Assembly: GCF_006345805.1 (NCBI RefSeq)
Contig: NC_042997.1
Location: 143,778,001-143,842,000, forward strand
DNA from: Octopus sinensis
Lineage: Eukaryota
DNA: 64,000 bases
Reading direction: 5' to 3'
Of this stretch, positions 1 to 11,529 are shown one piece after another (position 1 is the first letter of the stretch; the number at the start of each line of letters is the position of its first letter). The translations under genes were made by a program, and so were the position numbers. A model generated the notes under the pieces. The model saw nothing but the letters and a program-made list of their open reading frames with translations. It was not told where the DNA came from and did no database searches.

Positions 1-46
1 CAGTCTAGTAAACTGGAGGTCGAGTGTTCGAATCCCTCCGGAGCCT
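1..46 (+). tRNA. tRNA-Thr-AGT: tRNA-Thr(AGT), 5' part outside the window
   Basis: Matches the 3' two-thirds of the 19521 copy (CAGTCTAGTAAACTGGAGGTCGAGTGTTCGAATCCCTCCGGAGCCT); TTTTT terminator at about 63-67. Confidence 0.85.
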
Positions 47-219
47 GAGTAAGCTACTTACATTTTTATTTTGTTTCATAAAGCATATGATATTGGTGTA
101 TATATTGGTTCCTGAAATTCATACAGAGCCACAAACGTTTGGGGTTGGTGTATTCGGCTTACCCCTCCCGACCAAAATTGCCGACCTTGTTCCAAAATTC
201 GGGACCAATGTTGTATTAA

Positions 220-365
220 GGCAGCAAGCTGCCAGAATCGTTACTGCGCCGCACAAAATGCTTAGCTACATTTCGCCAGACATTAGGTTCCAGGTTCAAA
301 TTCCGGCTATGTCGATTTTACCTTTCATCCTTACTGGGTTCATAAAATAAGTAGCATTTGATAAC
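220..365 (+). mobile_element. Degenerate SINE family A
   Basis: Diverged GGCGGCGAGCTGGCAGAA head, GTTCAAATTCC B box and CCTTTCATCC body. Confidence 0.7.
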
Positions 366-669
366 TTAGATCGATGCAATTTTGAAATCAATATTGTAGA
401 TTGTACAACTTATCAAATAGAAGTCATTATATCTTATGTTGGCCCAGGAGTTGTTGCACTGACATATTTCTCTCCTGTAGTCTCCACATAAATTAACACA
501 CTTTATAGTGAAACTGTTAGCTAAACAAATATTAATAAGAATACTGGAATAAATGTAACAGAGGACCACCATAACAACAATGAACGTCATTATAATTTCT
601 GTGTAGTTTCAATATAGGTTTAAGTTATAACCATCGAAGTCATAATAATTTAAAGGTGCGAACCGGCGT

Positions 670-743
670 GGCTCTGTAGCTGAGATGTTCGGAGTACTAA
701 TCTAGTAAGCCGGAGTTCGAGTTTTCGATTCCTCCTGAAGCTT
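670..743 (+). pseudogene. Decayed tRNA-Thr(AGT) copy
   Basis: GGCTCTGTAGCTGAGATG...TCTAGTAAGCCGGAGTTCGAGTTTTCGATTCCTCCTGAAGCTT aligns end to end with intact copies; stems broken; upstream CATAATAATTTA motif kept. Confidence 0.8.
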
Positions 744-1064
744 AAATAGTGTGGTTTCTCTTTTACTCAAGCGAGATTGATACGTATATTGATTTCTAAA
801 ATGAACACAATGCCATAAAGATTTGTAGTGGAATATAATCAATTATAACCATCTTAGTATATCACTGATTCTGTTAGTAAATCCAGAGGGATAAAAGCAG
901 TAAGAATTTTGTTGGAAGAGGAATTAATGAGATAATGGCTGCTATTTCCAGCAAATCCAGCGTCACGTAAAGTTTCGCTTGTCATTTCGTTGCTGTTAAT
1001 GTTGAACAATGTATTGTAACGTTTAGTATGATACTCATTATAAAGAAGACGACATTGTATCTTA

Positions 1065-1280
1065 CGAGGGAGTGCAGAAACGTTCCCGGCTTGGGTACAA
1101 GAAAACAGAGGAGGATCAGTTAATTATGATCTTATTCAACAATTTTCTGTCTCAGATTCACACATTCATTGCAGCAGTCCTTCTGGTTTTCTAACCCTTG
1201 AAAAGAACTTGGAAGTTTGGGCCTCCAACAAGGCCTTCCACGAAACCTTTAAATCCCAGGAGGATTTCAGCACTCCGTCG
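1065..1280. mobile_element. Mariner-derived MITE
   Basis: TA|CGAGGGAGTGCAGAAA ... TTTCAGCACTCCGTCG|TA imperfect TIRs with TA flanks; minus strand keeps a transposase-like C-terminus (ECVNLRQKIVE*). Confidence 0.65.
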
Positions 1281-1402
1281 TATATGAAATCGACGTCTTT
1301 CTCTCTTCTGTAATCTTCACTGTAAATAATATGACGCCGTAGAATGAGCGTTTGTTAAGCTAATAACAGTAATAATACTGGGGCAAAATCAGAGGAGCAA
1401 AT

Positions 1403-1595
1403 AATCCTTTCTACTAAAGACACAACACTTGAAATTTGGTGGGAGGGGACTCGTCGATTACATAGATCACAGTGTTTCACTGGGACTTAATTTATCGACT
1501 CCAAAAGGATGAAAGGCGTAGTCGACCTCTGTGGAATTTGAACTGAGAACGTAGCCACGGGCGAAATACCACTAAACATTTCGGTCAGCGTGCTG
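1403..1595 (-). mobile_element. SINE family A
   Basis: Reverse complement of family A body (AAAGGATGAAAGGC...GGAATTTGAAC). Confidence 0.8.
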
Positions 1596-2006
1596 TTCAT
1601 TAATTTCATTTTTCTCTGCAAGGGAGATGATATTGGTGCACATAATGGTTCCTGAAATGCATACAAAACCACAAATAATTGAGGTTGATATCGTCAGGTT
1701 CTGACGTCAGTTGTAATGGAAACCTGCTCTTGAAGGATTTCACATTACATATATAGGTCAACTTGAACAAAAAAATGAGACAAGATGGCAAAATTCTCCT
1801 TTTACGGACGATCGCATTTTACTGAAGATCACTTGTTTGGAACGAATGAAGAAACAGATACAAGGTTCTCTCACTGATTCCTGTCTCTTACGAATCTCTT
1901 TTACGGCGTAAGAGTAAAAGAATATTACCAAGCGTCACACTTCAGGAAAGAATTGTAATTGATTATATAGGCACAATTTCTTCGTCAGAATATATTTGTG
2001 TGTGAA

Positions 2007-2399
2007 GGCGGCGAGCTGGTAGAAACCTTAACACGCAGGGCGAAATGCTTAGCGGTATTTCGTCTGCCGTTACGTTCTGAGTTCAAATTCCGCCGGGGTC
2101 GACTTTGCCTTTCATCCTTTCAGGATCGATAAATTAAGTACCAGTTGCGCACTGGGGTCGATATAATCGACGTAATTCCTTTGCCTGTCATTGTTTGTCC
2201 CCTCTGTGTTTAGCCCCTTGTGGGTAGTAAAGAAATAAGTATTTCGTCTGTTTACGTTCTGAGTTCAAATTTCGCCGAGGTCTACTTTGCCGTCCATCCT
2301 TTCGGGAGTCGAAGATTAAGTATCAGTTGCATACTGGGGTTGACCTAATCGACTGGCCCCTCTCCCAAAATTTCGGGCCTTGTGCCTAGAGTTCAAAAG
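2007..2399 (+). mobile_element. SINE family A, dimeric
   Basis: tRNA-like head plus two body units; 15-bp TSD GAATATATTTGTGTG at 1988-2002 and 2400-2414. Confidence 0.92.
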
Positions 2400-3266
2400 G
2401 AATATATTTGTGTGACACCGTGTAACATATCTGACGTCCAGTAGATAGATAAACCTGAGCTCCACAGAAGTTGATTTCAATGTGTAAACGTCCTTAACTT
2501 ACCACAAGGCATTAACTTCGATATTCTATTCAATAAATTTCTAGAGATATAAATAAATATGCGACAAGTATCAAGTTTCTAATGACCGCTTGACGAGTTA
2601 GAAATATAACCCAACTCTCTAATGTTTTAGGAAGGTGATACACATTAGGGGATGTTGTATCGAATTTACTGGGTAAACTAAATATAGAAGTGTCAGGGCT
2701 TGAATGCCATTATAGTTCTGTTTGAATAGAGCTAATTAAGGACTGAATAGCAATATATTAATATTCCGGTTTAAAGGGAAATTGAGATCCTCGATTCTTG
2801 TTTCTAGCAGGACCAGTGGTCATGTAAAGCTTCCTTCGGCGTTTCATTACAATAATTCAACTTCATAGAGCGCCATCATAATAAAATAGAGGTCGTGTTT
2901 TTGAATATCTCTTGAGCCTAACATTCTTTGGAATTTTTCTCTTTGCCTGAGAAAGATTTCTAAACTGCAAACGATGTCACAAATGTTTGAAGAAGTTTAT
3001 TACCGATCATATCGACCTTAGAATTTCAGTTACTTTATTTTAGTGAATCCGGAGGTACGACCCCCCCCCCCCCGCCAAAAAAAAATCTGGGCGGAACATG
3101 TACTCATAGCTGTATCTAAATATATAGAAAGCCTCCTTCTAGCTAATCGACGATACATTATTAGCAATATAAAGTTGATCAATCACCGGATTGAGTTTCT
3201 ACATCATAATTTATTGTTTGCATATAAATTGAAGACATAGTAATATTTTTAAAGGCTGATGCAAGT

Positions 3267-3340
3267 GGCTCCGTAGCTCAGATGGTTAGAGCTCCAGTCT
3301 AGTAAACTGGAGGTCGAGTGTTCGAATCCCTCTGGAGCCT
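3267..3340 (+). tRNA. tRNA-Thr-AGT: tRNA-Thr(AGT), variant (A16, U26, U66)
   Basis: 74-nt cloverleaf; anticodon stem CCAGT/ACTGG with loop CT-AGT-AA; A and B boxes intact; G7-U66 wobble; T-run terminator just downstream. Confidence 0.88.
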
Positions 3341-3700
3341 AATTTATTTTTCGTTTGATCGTTTCTTTATTTAAAAAAAAAAAGAATTCTAAAATGAGCG
3401 CAAAGTCACAAAAAATTTATGTTCGTATACTATTGAGTATATTGATTTTAGAATTGCGTTGTTTATTTTAGTGAATCCGGAGAAATGAAAACCAAAGTGG
3501 ATCTCGACGAGGTATGAACTTAGAGCTACTTCTGAATATCTCGATAGCTTGGTTCTCGCGACTCTCCGAGGACACAGTCCTTATTAAACTTTATTAGTGG
3601 ATGAATCACTCCATTCTGTTTCAACATCATGATTTATTGTAAATATTTAACGTTACAATTATAGACATCAAAATAATAATTGAAGCCATACGTGTGTAAT

Positions 3701-3770
3701 GGTGATATAGCTCACCCAGAACGCCAGTCTAGTCAAGTGGAGAGCGTGTATTCAATTCTCTCGACAACGA
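3701..3770 (+). pseudogene. Heavily decayed tRNA-Thr copy
   Basis: TAGCTCA...CGCCAGTCTAGTCAAGTGGAG...TTCAATTCTCTC followed by a T-run. Confidence 0.65.
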
Positions 3771-4039
3771 TCTTTTTTTTTCAAGGTCAACTCTTTTTAT
3801 TCTAAAATAGATAACATTGGTATAAATAGTGATGATTAAAATCCTTGCACAGTCACGAAAATGCTTATTGTCGATTAAAATACGTACAAAAGCAACGAAT
3901 CAATAAAGCAATCTCAATATTTTCGCATGTTCCGCTAGAAACAGCGTCCAAGTTTGTGTAATATCGTACTTAAACAAGGACAAAAATCAAATACTGTATT
4001 CCTGAAAAGACGCATGGGTGGACATGGCTAGTTTACATT

Positions 4040-4490
4040 TGGTGGTGGAACTTTCGATTCCCAGACCGGGCATTGCGCTGTGTTCTTGAGCAGAGCGCTT
4101 CATTTCTCGTCGCTCTGCGATCACTTCGTCATCTGACATGTGGTACATGGTGCAACTGTACAGGTAATGTCGATTTGATGGAGGGAGTGAGCTTATGTGT
4201 ACACAAACATTTGATGACTATAAACAAATCCTCTGTGTAGTTGTTCGGCAAGAAATTGCCGAACCCTCATACGTCGTCTTATGTTTGTGTTTATTTCCCA
4301 TCATCGCTCGACAACCTGAGTTGCTTTGTTTACGTCCACGTAATTTCGCGATTCGGGAAAAAAGAAACCGATAAAATGAATGCCAAGCTTAGAAAACTAA
4401 GTACTGAGGCAAATTCGTCAAGAAGGTGCCCCATGAATGGCCTCAGTCCAAAGGTAAAAGACAATTGTTACGTAAAAAATGAAAAAGATG
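4040..4490 (+). mobile_element. Degenerate composite SINE (family C-like 5' part, family B-like 3' part)
   Basis: TTCGATTCCCAGACCGGG...GTGTTCTTGAGCA motif shared with 52715 and 57311; CGCTCGACAACC...TTTACGTCC shared with family B. Confidence 0.6.
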
Positions 4491-4905
4491 ACCATTCAGG
4501 ATTGATTCACTTATAAAAGTTAAGAACTGTGGTTTCACAGAATTGTTAGAGTGAGGTCATTAAAATATTTAGATATTAGTTTGGGTTCATATCTCACCTG
4601 GGTGTATTTTGGTCTTCATTTCTCTCGATTCACTAAAATACAGAACCAGTGAAATACTAAGGGCGATATAAGCAATTATATGCCACTGCAAACATTTGTG
4701 GCCTTGTGTACATCAGAATTAATAACTTATGATATTTAGTTAACTCCTTTTACATTCTGAATCCAATTCTCAAAGAAATCAACAATGTCTTTCATATATT
4801 TGGTATTGATAAAATATATACAAATCAAACACTATTTTCTGTCCCAAAATTGTAAGTCCTTTGTCAGTCAAGACAAAATAATTTTTAGGTATATTGTTTA
4901 TATTA

Positions 4906-5056
4906 GTCGGATTGGCGCCCTCATCATGATCGTTGCTCTCACTTCGTTTCGATTGTTGTACGCTCCAGCTTTCCTCAGGTGTTTTGTATTCAATTGGAGC
5001 ATACAACAGCTGAAATGTATTGGAAGTAATAATCAAGATGAGGACATCAGTCCGAC
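4906..5056. mobile_element. Palindromic relic of a Penelope-type terminus with decayed hammerhead (minus, 4940-4981)
   Basis: GTCGGA...TCCGAC inverted arms; minus strand reads CAC-CTGAGGA-AAGCTG...CAATC-GAAACGAA-GTG; paralog at 8870-9009. Confidence 0.65.
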
Positions 5057-5520
5057 AAATATAAACAGTGTACATAATATAAATTCCTTCTCTCACAAAT
5101 ATAGAATTGTAAAATAATTTATATTTATATTTCTCGCTTTGGTACCTAAAAAAATAGAACCTTTGCAGAATCATCTAATTTGATCAGACAATTATGACAC
5201 ATTTCTGACTCATAATCATTTTATGGTTGCCAACAACAAAATTAAATTTTCTGAAAAGTACGGTTTAAAATCTACTGACAGCACCCCATACCCATCTCTA
5301 AAATCGTCAAGCATTCCCAGATATGTGGGCCCAATGAGGGTAGGAGAAATGAGTGCAAATTATGTTTGTGATGTTTTGAGAAAGAACGAGATTCCATTTG
5401 ATAACGCGGTAACGAATGTAGTGGTTCTTAATAAATAAGAAATAACTTTTCTTAACAACTAGCAAAATTGTCTCCAACTGTCTCCAGCACCACTTCATCT
5501 ATTTTGCACATTATAAACAC

Positions 5521-5824
5521 TTTGCTTTTATTCTTTTACTTGCTATCGGCCTCTTTTGTTGAATTGGTAAGTTACGGGGACGTAAATGCAGCAAAACTAG
5601 TTGTCAAGCGGTGATAGAGGGACAAACACAGACACAAAGACACACACACACACACATAGATATATGGATATACGACAGGCTTCTTTCAGTTTCAGTCTAC
5701 CAAATCCACTCACTTTAGTTGGCCCAACGCTATAGCTGAAGACAGTTGCCCATAGTACCATGCATTGGAACTGAACTCAGAACCATGTGGTTGGGAAGCA
5801 AGTTTCTCGCCACAGAGCCACACC
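5521..5824 (-). mobile_element. SINE family B, internally deleted
   Basis: Shares head and body with 6776-7201. Confidence 0.8.
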
Positions 5825-6065
5825 TATTTTGAGGTTACTGAGATAGATTTGGGCTGCTATTTCTAATGGGTCCAGCAGTCACGTAGTTGAAAATATAAGA
5901 AGTCAATTTGAATGCAGAATATAAAAGACAGATTGGTATAATTGATTAATATTACTATAAATAATAATTATTTGAACTCGGATACCTATCAGAAATGACA
6001 TATAAGTACCAAAGTTTGGATAACAAAAAAAGAAACCCCAAAGAAACTCGAGATGCAGCATTATT

Positions 6066-6139
6066 AGGCTCCGGAGAGATTCGAACACTCGACCTCCAGT
6101 TTACTAGACTGGCGCTCTAACCAACTGAGCTACGGAGCC
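6066..6139 (-). tRNA. tRNA-Thr-AGT: tRNA-Thr(AGT)
   Basis: Reverse complement is identical to 8154-8227; T7 terminator about 34 nt downstream. Confidence 0.95.
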
Positions 6140-6394
6140 ACACATAATATCTTAAATTATTCTTATGATGTTATCAACTACAATGTAAAAATTTAACTAC
6201 AACAATGAATAGTGATATTCAAAGTGTATCAATTTTGTGTGACGTTTATCGTTGTTGCACTTTCTCCAGTATTCTTGCTGATACTAGTTTAACAAAGACT
6301 CATGCTACGGTGTCTGTGTTACTGTTGAGATTAAAGGTAAGACATGAAAAAATACCTGGTTTAATATAAGATATGTCTTATCCATGATAAACGA

Positions 6395-6425
6395 GAGGTT
6401 GAGTGTTTGAGTCCTTCTGGAGCTT
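6395..6425 (+). pseudogene. 3' fragment of tRNA-Thr
   Basis: GAGGTTGAGTGTTTGAGTCCTTCTGGAGCTT vs GAGGTCGAGTGTTCGAATCCCTCCGGAGCCT, followed by TTTTT. Confidence 0.7.
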
Positions 6426-6775
6426 AGTTTTTCAAGAATTTTTTTTCCTACTAAAATATACAAAATTGGTACGAATATTTATTTCTAAATTACATAATTA
6501 CAAGCGTTTGACATGATGTATTGTCGATTATATCGACCATAGAATTTTCTTTGGAAATGAGCTTCCAGTAACAACTACTCTGCGTCAACCAGCACTAATT
6601 TCTTTTATTGGTCACTGTTAGAGAAACAAAAACATAGTGCATCAGTTGTTGCTATGGAAATCTACACAGCAGGAAAAATTGAGAGAAAGATTTCACTTCA
6701 CGTATATCGGTCAACAGGTAAAAGATACGGGGATAATTTTGGAAATACTGCCTGCTGCTATATAGATGATTGAGT

Positions 6776-6999
6776 TTACTTTATTACTCTTTTACTCTCT
6801 CTTTTACGTGTTTCAGTCATTTGACTGCGGCCATGCTCGAGCACCGCCTTTAGTCGAGCAAATCGACCCTGAGACTTATTCTTTGTAAGCCCAGTACTTA
6901 TTCTATCCGTCACTTTTGCCGAACCGCTAAGTGACGGGGTCGTACACGTACCAGCATCGGTTGTCAAGCAATGCTAGGGGGACAAACACAGACACACAA

Positions 7000-7030
<31 letters not shown>

Positions 7031-7201
7031 CATATATACGACAGGCTTCTTTCAGTTTCCGTCTATCAAATCCACTCACAAGGCATTGGTCGGCCCGGGG
7101 CTATAGCAGAAGACACTTGCCCAAGATGCCACGCAGTGGGACTGAACCCGGAACCATGTGGTTGGTTGGCAAGCTACTTACCACACAGCCACTCCTGCGC
7201 C
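6776..7201 (-). mobile_element. SINE family B, full length
   Basis: Head GGCGCAGGAGTGGCTGTGTGGTAAG...GGTTCAGTCCC, internal (TA)/(TG) tract, (GAGTAAAA)-like tail. Confidence 0.92.
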
Positions 7202-8153
7202 TGTATTGCTAGTTTAATTCATTGAGTTTGGAAAGGATTTAAATTTTTACTACGACACAATGAACAAAATGTAAATAATTCATAGTCCTCGTTCTTACGA
7301 TTCCATAAAAATGTATCCCTTATCAACTTCGTAGCTGAATCATCCACTCATTATGATTTGAGAAAATTTGATTTTATTATCCATTTTATAGATCTTGTTC
7401 CTCCTTGTTATCAATAAATCCACTTCACTTATTGTCCATTTATGATTGCATAGTTTATGACATAGTCCTCTATTGACCATGGCTTTAATCGAATCTGATC
7501 TAGAAGACACACGATCAAAAGTAAACCAGTCTTGAACTCTCCGTGGTATTCCCCAAGTTGTATATACGACTACAATATCTAATTTGTTCTTCTTTGTTTT
7601 AGACAATAGGATTTGATTTAAGACCAATTCGGATGCTGTTTCTACCATATCAAGATGACATGTAGTGGATCCATCATCATTTCAGTGGCTTTGTAGGTAC
7701 TGATGTTGTTGATGTTGACAGTGATGTGATATCTTACATATTCACCATTAAGAGAATATTACATCTTTTCCTAAGAACAGGTTTTTCCTCCCACATCACT
7801 CTCGTTCTTTTAGTTGATGATACTAATGTTGTTTAGTATTAAGTTAACACTGATTAAACAGATCTTTGATCAAAGATGTTCCATCTGGGACCGTCTCGTC
7901 CTTTGTAAGTTCTGGATAACGTTTAATAATATTCGATTCGGAGACGGCCGTTAAAATTACCTAAAATTTGTAAACTTTAAAGTTATTAACTTTTTATTTA
8001 ATAATTCATAACAAAAATGAATTCTATTTTCATGATTAGCATACAAAACTAAATCGGTACACCACATTTGAAAACAATAGGAACAAAATTTAAAAAGAAA
8101 GAAAATTGTGATAATACCAGAAAAGATACTAATTTAGAAACAGTAGAGCATGT

Positions 8154-8227
8154 GGCTCCGTAGCTCAGTTGGTTAGAGCGCCAGTCTAGTAAACTGGAGG
8201 TCGAGTGTTCGAATCTCTCCGGAGCCT
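8154..8227 (+). tRNA. tRNA-Thr-AGT: tRNA-Thr(AGT)
   Basis: GGCTCCG/CGGAGCC acceptor, GCTC/GAGC D stem, CCAGT/ACTGG anticodon stem, AGT anticodon, U73; TTTTT about 17 nt downstream. Confidence 0.95.
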
Positions 8228-9015
8228 AGTAATACGTATCCTTCTTTTTGCTTTTCCAGCTTTGGTACAATTATATTATTTCTGATAGGTATACATTTCA
8301 AAATAATTAATCTTTGCAGTAATATCAGTAATTGTCTTTTATGTTCTGTTAGATTTTTCTTATATTTTCGACTGCCTGATTACTGAACCTGCCAGAAGCA
8401 GCAACCAAATCTATCTCAGTAATCTCAATATAGTGATAGAGGCAATGTACTGGTTGTTAAAATAGTTATTTCTCATTAAGTATCACTATGATCATTACCT
8501 CGTCATCAAATGGAATCTCGTACGTTATGAAAATATGAAAAGCATAATGCATCACCATCATTTCTCCTACCCTCGTTGGGGTCACACTTAAGAGAATATT
8601 TGACGATTTTAGAGATGGGTGCGGGATGCCATCAGCAGATTTAAAACCCTTCTTTTCGGAAATCTTAATTTTGTTGCTGGCAACCATGAAGCAATTATGA
8701 GTCAGAAATATAACAACCTTTATGTACTTTCTAATTGTCTGATTAAATTGATGCTGCGAAGGTTCTATTTTTTTTTAGGTACCAAAGCGATAAATATACA
8801 AAAAAGAAATATTTTACAATTCTATATTTGTGAAATTAGGAATTTATATTAGGTATACTATTTATATTAGTCGGACTGATGTCCTCATCTTGATTGTTGC
8901 TTTCACTAGGTTTCGGCTGTCGTATGCTCCAGTTGAATACAAACCACTGGAGCGTACAACAACCGAAACGAAGTGAGAGCAATGATCTAGATAAGGACAC
9001 CGGTCCGACTAACAT

Positions 9016-9207
9016 TCTTTTATTCTTTTATTCTGGAGCAGCGACTTTAGTCGAACAAATCGATCCCAGGATTTATTCTTTGTAAGCCTAGTACTTATTC
9101 TATCAACCTCTTTTGCCGAACCGCTAAGTTACGGGGACGTAAATACACCAACATTGGTTATCAAGCGATGTTGGTGGTGGTGTGGGAACAAGCACACACA
9201 CACACAA

Positions 9208-9262
<55 letters not shown>

Positions 9263-9424
9263 GACGGGCTTCTTTCAGTTTCCGTCTACCAGATCCACTC
9301 ACAAGGCTTTGGTCGGCTCGAGGCTATTGTAGAAGACACTTGCCCAATGTGCCACGTAGTGGGACTGAACCCGGAACCATATGATTGGGAAGCAAGCTTC
9401 TTACCACACAGCCACTTCTGTGCC
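9016..9424 (-). mobile_element. SINE family B
   Basis: Colinear with 6776-7201. Confidence 0.9.
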
Positions 9425-9854
9425 TGTATATAAACAATATACCCCAAAATTTGTTTGTCTCGACTGACAAAAGACCACCAATCTTGGGGACAGAAAATAG
9501 CATTTGATTTGCATATATTTTATCAATACGAAATGTATGAAAGACAGAAAGTAAAGAAACTTACTGTTCTATATTTTAGAGATGAGGAATTCTATACATT
9601 ATTATTATTTATCCAAGGCACAGGTTTTTTCCTCCCACATCACTCTCGTTCTTTTAGTTGATGATACTAATGTTGTTTAGTATTAAGTTAACACTGATTA
9701 AACAGATCTTTGATCAAAGATGTTCCATCTGGGACCGTCTCGTCCTTTGTAAGTTCTAGATAACGTTTAATAATATTCGATTCGGAGATGGCCGTTAAAA
9801 TTACCTAAAATTTGTAAACTTAAAAGTTATTAACTTTTTATTTAATAATTCATA

Positions 9855-10162
9855 TTGGGGTTAGTAGCCCGCGCTCTTAACCATTGCGCTATATGCCCAC
9901 GGGCATATAGCGTAATGGTTAAGAGCGCGGGCTACTAACCCCAAGATTCCGAGTTCAATTCCAGGCAGTGCCTTGAATAAATATTAATAATGATAATAAT
10001 AATATTGATAACAACAGCAAAAATACCTCAGGAATGAACCCAGGGTTGGGTTCAAAATTCTGCCAGGGCACTTGATGAAGGCTGGAGAGTAAATCAGCCG
10101 AAACGTTGTGGTAACAACAAACAAGATGTGGACACATATCCGTCCAATGTAAATAATGTAAA
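9855..10162 (+). mobile_element. Short retroelement: inverted 5' copy + tRNA-like head + hammerhead-like tail
   Basis: 44-bp arms 9855-9898/9901-9944; A box TAGCGTAATGG and B box GTTCAATTCC; hammerhead motif at 10069-10110; TGTAAATAATGTAAA end. Confidence 0.75.
10069..10110 (+). ncRNA. Minimal type I hammerhead ribozyme motif (C3U variant)
   Basis: CAC-TTGATGA-A-GGCTG(10-nt loop)CAGCC-GAAACGTT-GTG: stem I CAC/GTG, 5-bp stem II, palindromic AACGTT stem III. Confidence 0.7.
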
Positions 10163-10989
10163 GGAACTTGTACTAGTACTAATTTTTAGAAGCCTTACAA
10201 AGCTGCAAGTTCATGTGTTGTCGAGTACAATACAAACGGCAATACAAGCAACGAATCGATGTAGCAACCTCTATATCTCTTTTACTCTTTTACTTGTTTC
10301 AATCATTTGACTGCGGCCATGATGGAGCACCGCATATACGTATGCTTTCGTGCTTGAAACAGCACCTGTCTTACTTGTTCCTTTCTCCTTTGCAGTTGAT
10401 GATAATGATGAGGATGATGTTTATCATTAACGCAAATTCAGTAGAGCTATCTTCAATGAAGGGCGTTGCCCTTTGTCCACCCCATATATTTGTATGTGAT
10501 GGATTACATTCAATATCTCCCATCTTTTTATGACGGTATATTTCGATGTTATTTCTTGTTGGTCGTTGTTCCAGCCATGACCATCCTCTCGTTTTTTTTT
10601 ATTTTTGCGTATATGCAGGGAACCCGACATTACATTTTCAAGTGTATCATTTCTACGACTGAAGGACTGTAATTTGAAACAGACTCCTATACCAATCAGG
10701 CTGAGCAACCACACTACATACGAGCTCTATCACTGAGTCATGTTAACAGGACGAAGGAAAGAGATTGAAATTTTCCCCACTGAATCTCTTGTAATCTCTA
10801 CAGCAATTAAGCAGATATTATAGTGGCAGTGATAATTGGAGTTAATTATAATAAATCAAAAAATGTATGTTGACCTTTTCCTTAACATGTCCACCATGAA
10901 GAATTTTTCAATCTTGAGATTATCTCCCTTCCTCAAGTTGCACAGGTTTTAATTACCATTTGGTATTTATGATATAGCTTCTAGAGGAA

Positions 10990-11296
10990 GGCGGTTAGCA
11001 TGCCGGGCGAAATACTTAGCGGTATTTCGTCTGCCGCTACATTCTGAGTTCAAATTCCGCCGAGGTCGACTTTGCCTTTCATCCTTTCAGGGTCGATAAA
11101 ATAAGTACCAGTTACGCACTGGGGTTGATATAATCGACTTAATCCGTTTGTCTGTCTTTGTTTGTCCTCTCTGAGTTTAGCTTCTTGTGGGTAGTAAAGA
11201 AATAGGTATTTTGCCCGTCGCTACGTTCTGAGTTCAAATTCCGCCGAGGTCGACTTTGCCTTTCATTCTTTCGGGCCTTGTGCCTAGAGTAGAAAG
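10990..11296 (+). mobile_element. SINE family A, dimeric
   Basis: Two B-box/body units; TSD GATATAGC(T/C)TCTAG on both sides. Confidence 0.9.
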
Positions 11297-11529
11297 GATA
11301 TAGCCTCTAGCGGTGAAGATAATTTTAATAAATCAAGTATTTATGATATTTGATATACCTGCATTTCTCTACATCGATCAATAAGAATACTTGGGTAAAA
11401 AAAACAAAACAAGATATCACTATAGCAACAATGGCGGACTTTATAATTACTAGCTTTAACGTCCTTATTCACTATCATGCTACATAATAATTATCCACAT
11501 CTTAATAACTTAACTGCACTGCAGGATGT

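Noticed and set aside
24-350. ORFs starting MFESL(R/Q)SL at 24, 5903-6088 and 26750
   Set aside because: The shared N-terminus is just the tRNA T arm (GTGTTCGAATC...) read as codons.
7340-7648. 102-aa ORF as a gene
   Set aside because: No recognisable domain or splice context; its 3' part matches the fossil 68-bp repeat, whose other copies contain stops.
8154-8227. Possible amber-suppressor (CTA) reading of the loop TCTAGTAA
   Set aside because: Stem CCAGT/ACTGG fixes a 7-nt loop CT-AGT-AA, so the anticodon is AGT; acceptor and U73 fit Thr.
9901-9973. A genuine tRNA with ACT anticodon
   Set aside because: Anticodon and T stems pair poorly and it is embedded in a repeat-like element; treated as a tRNA-derived head.
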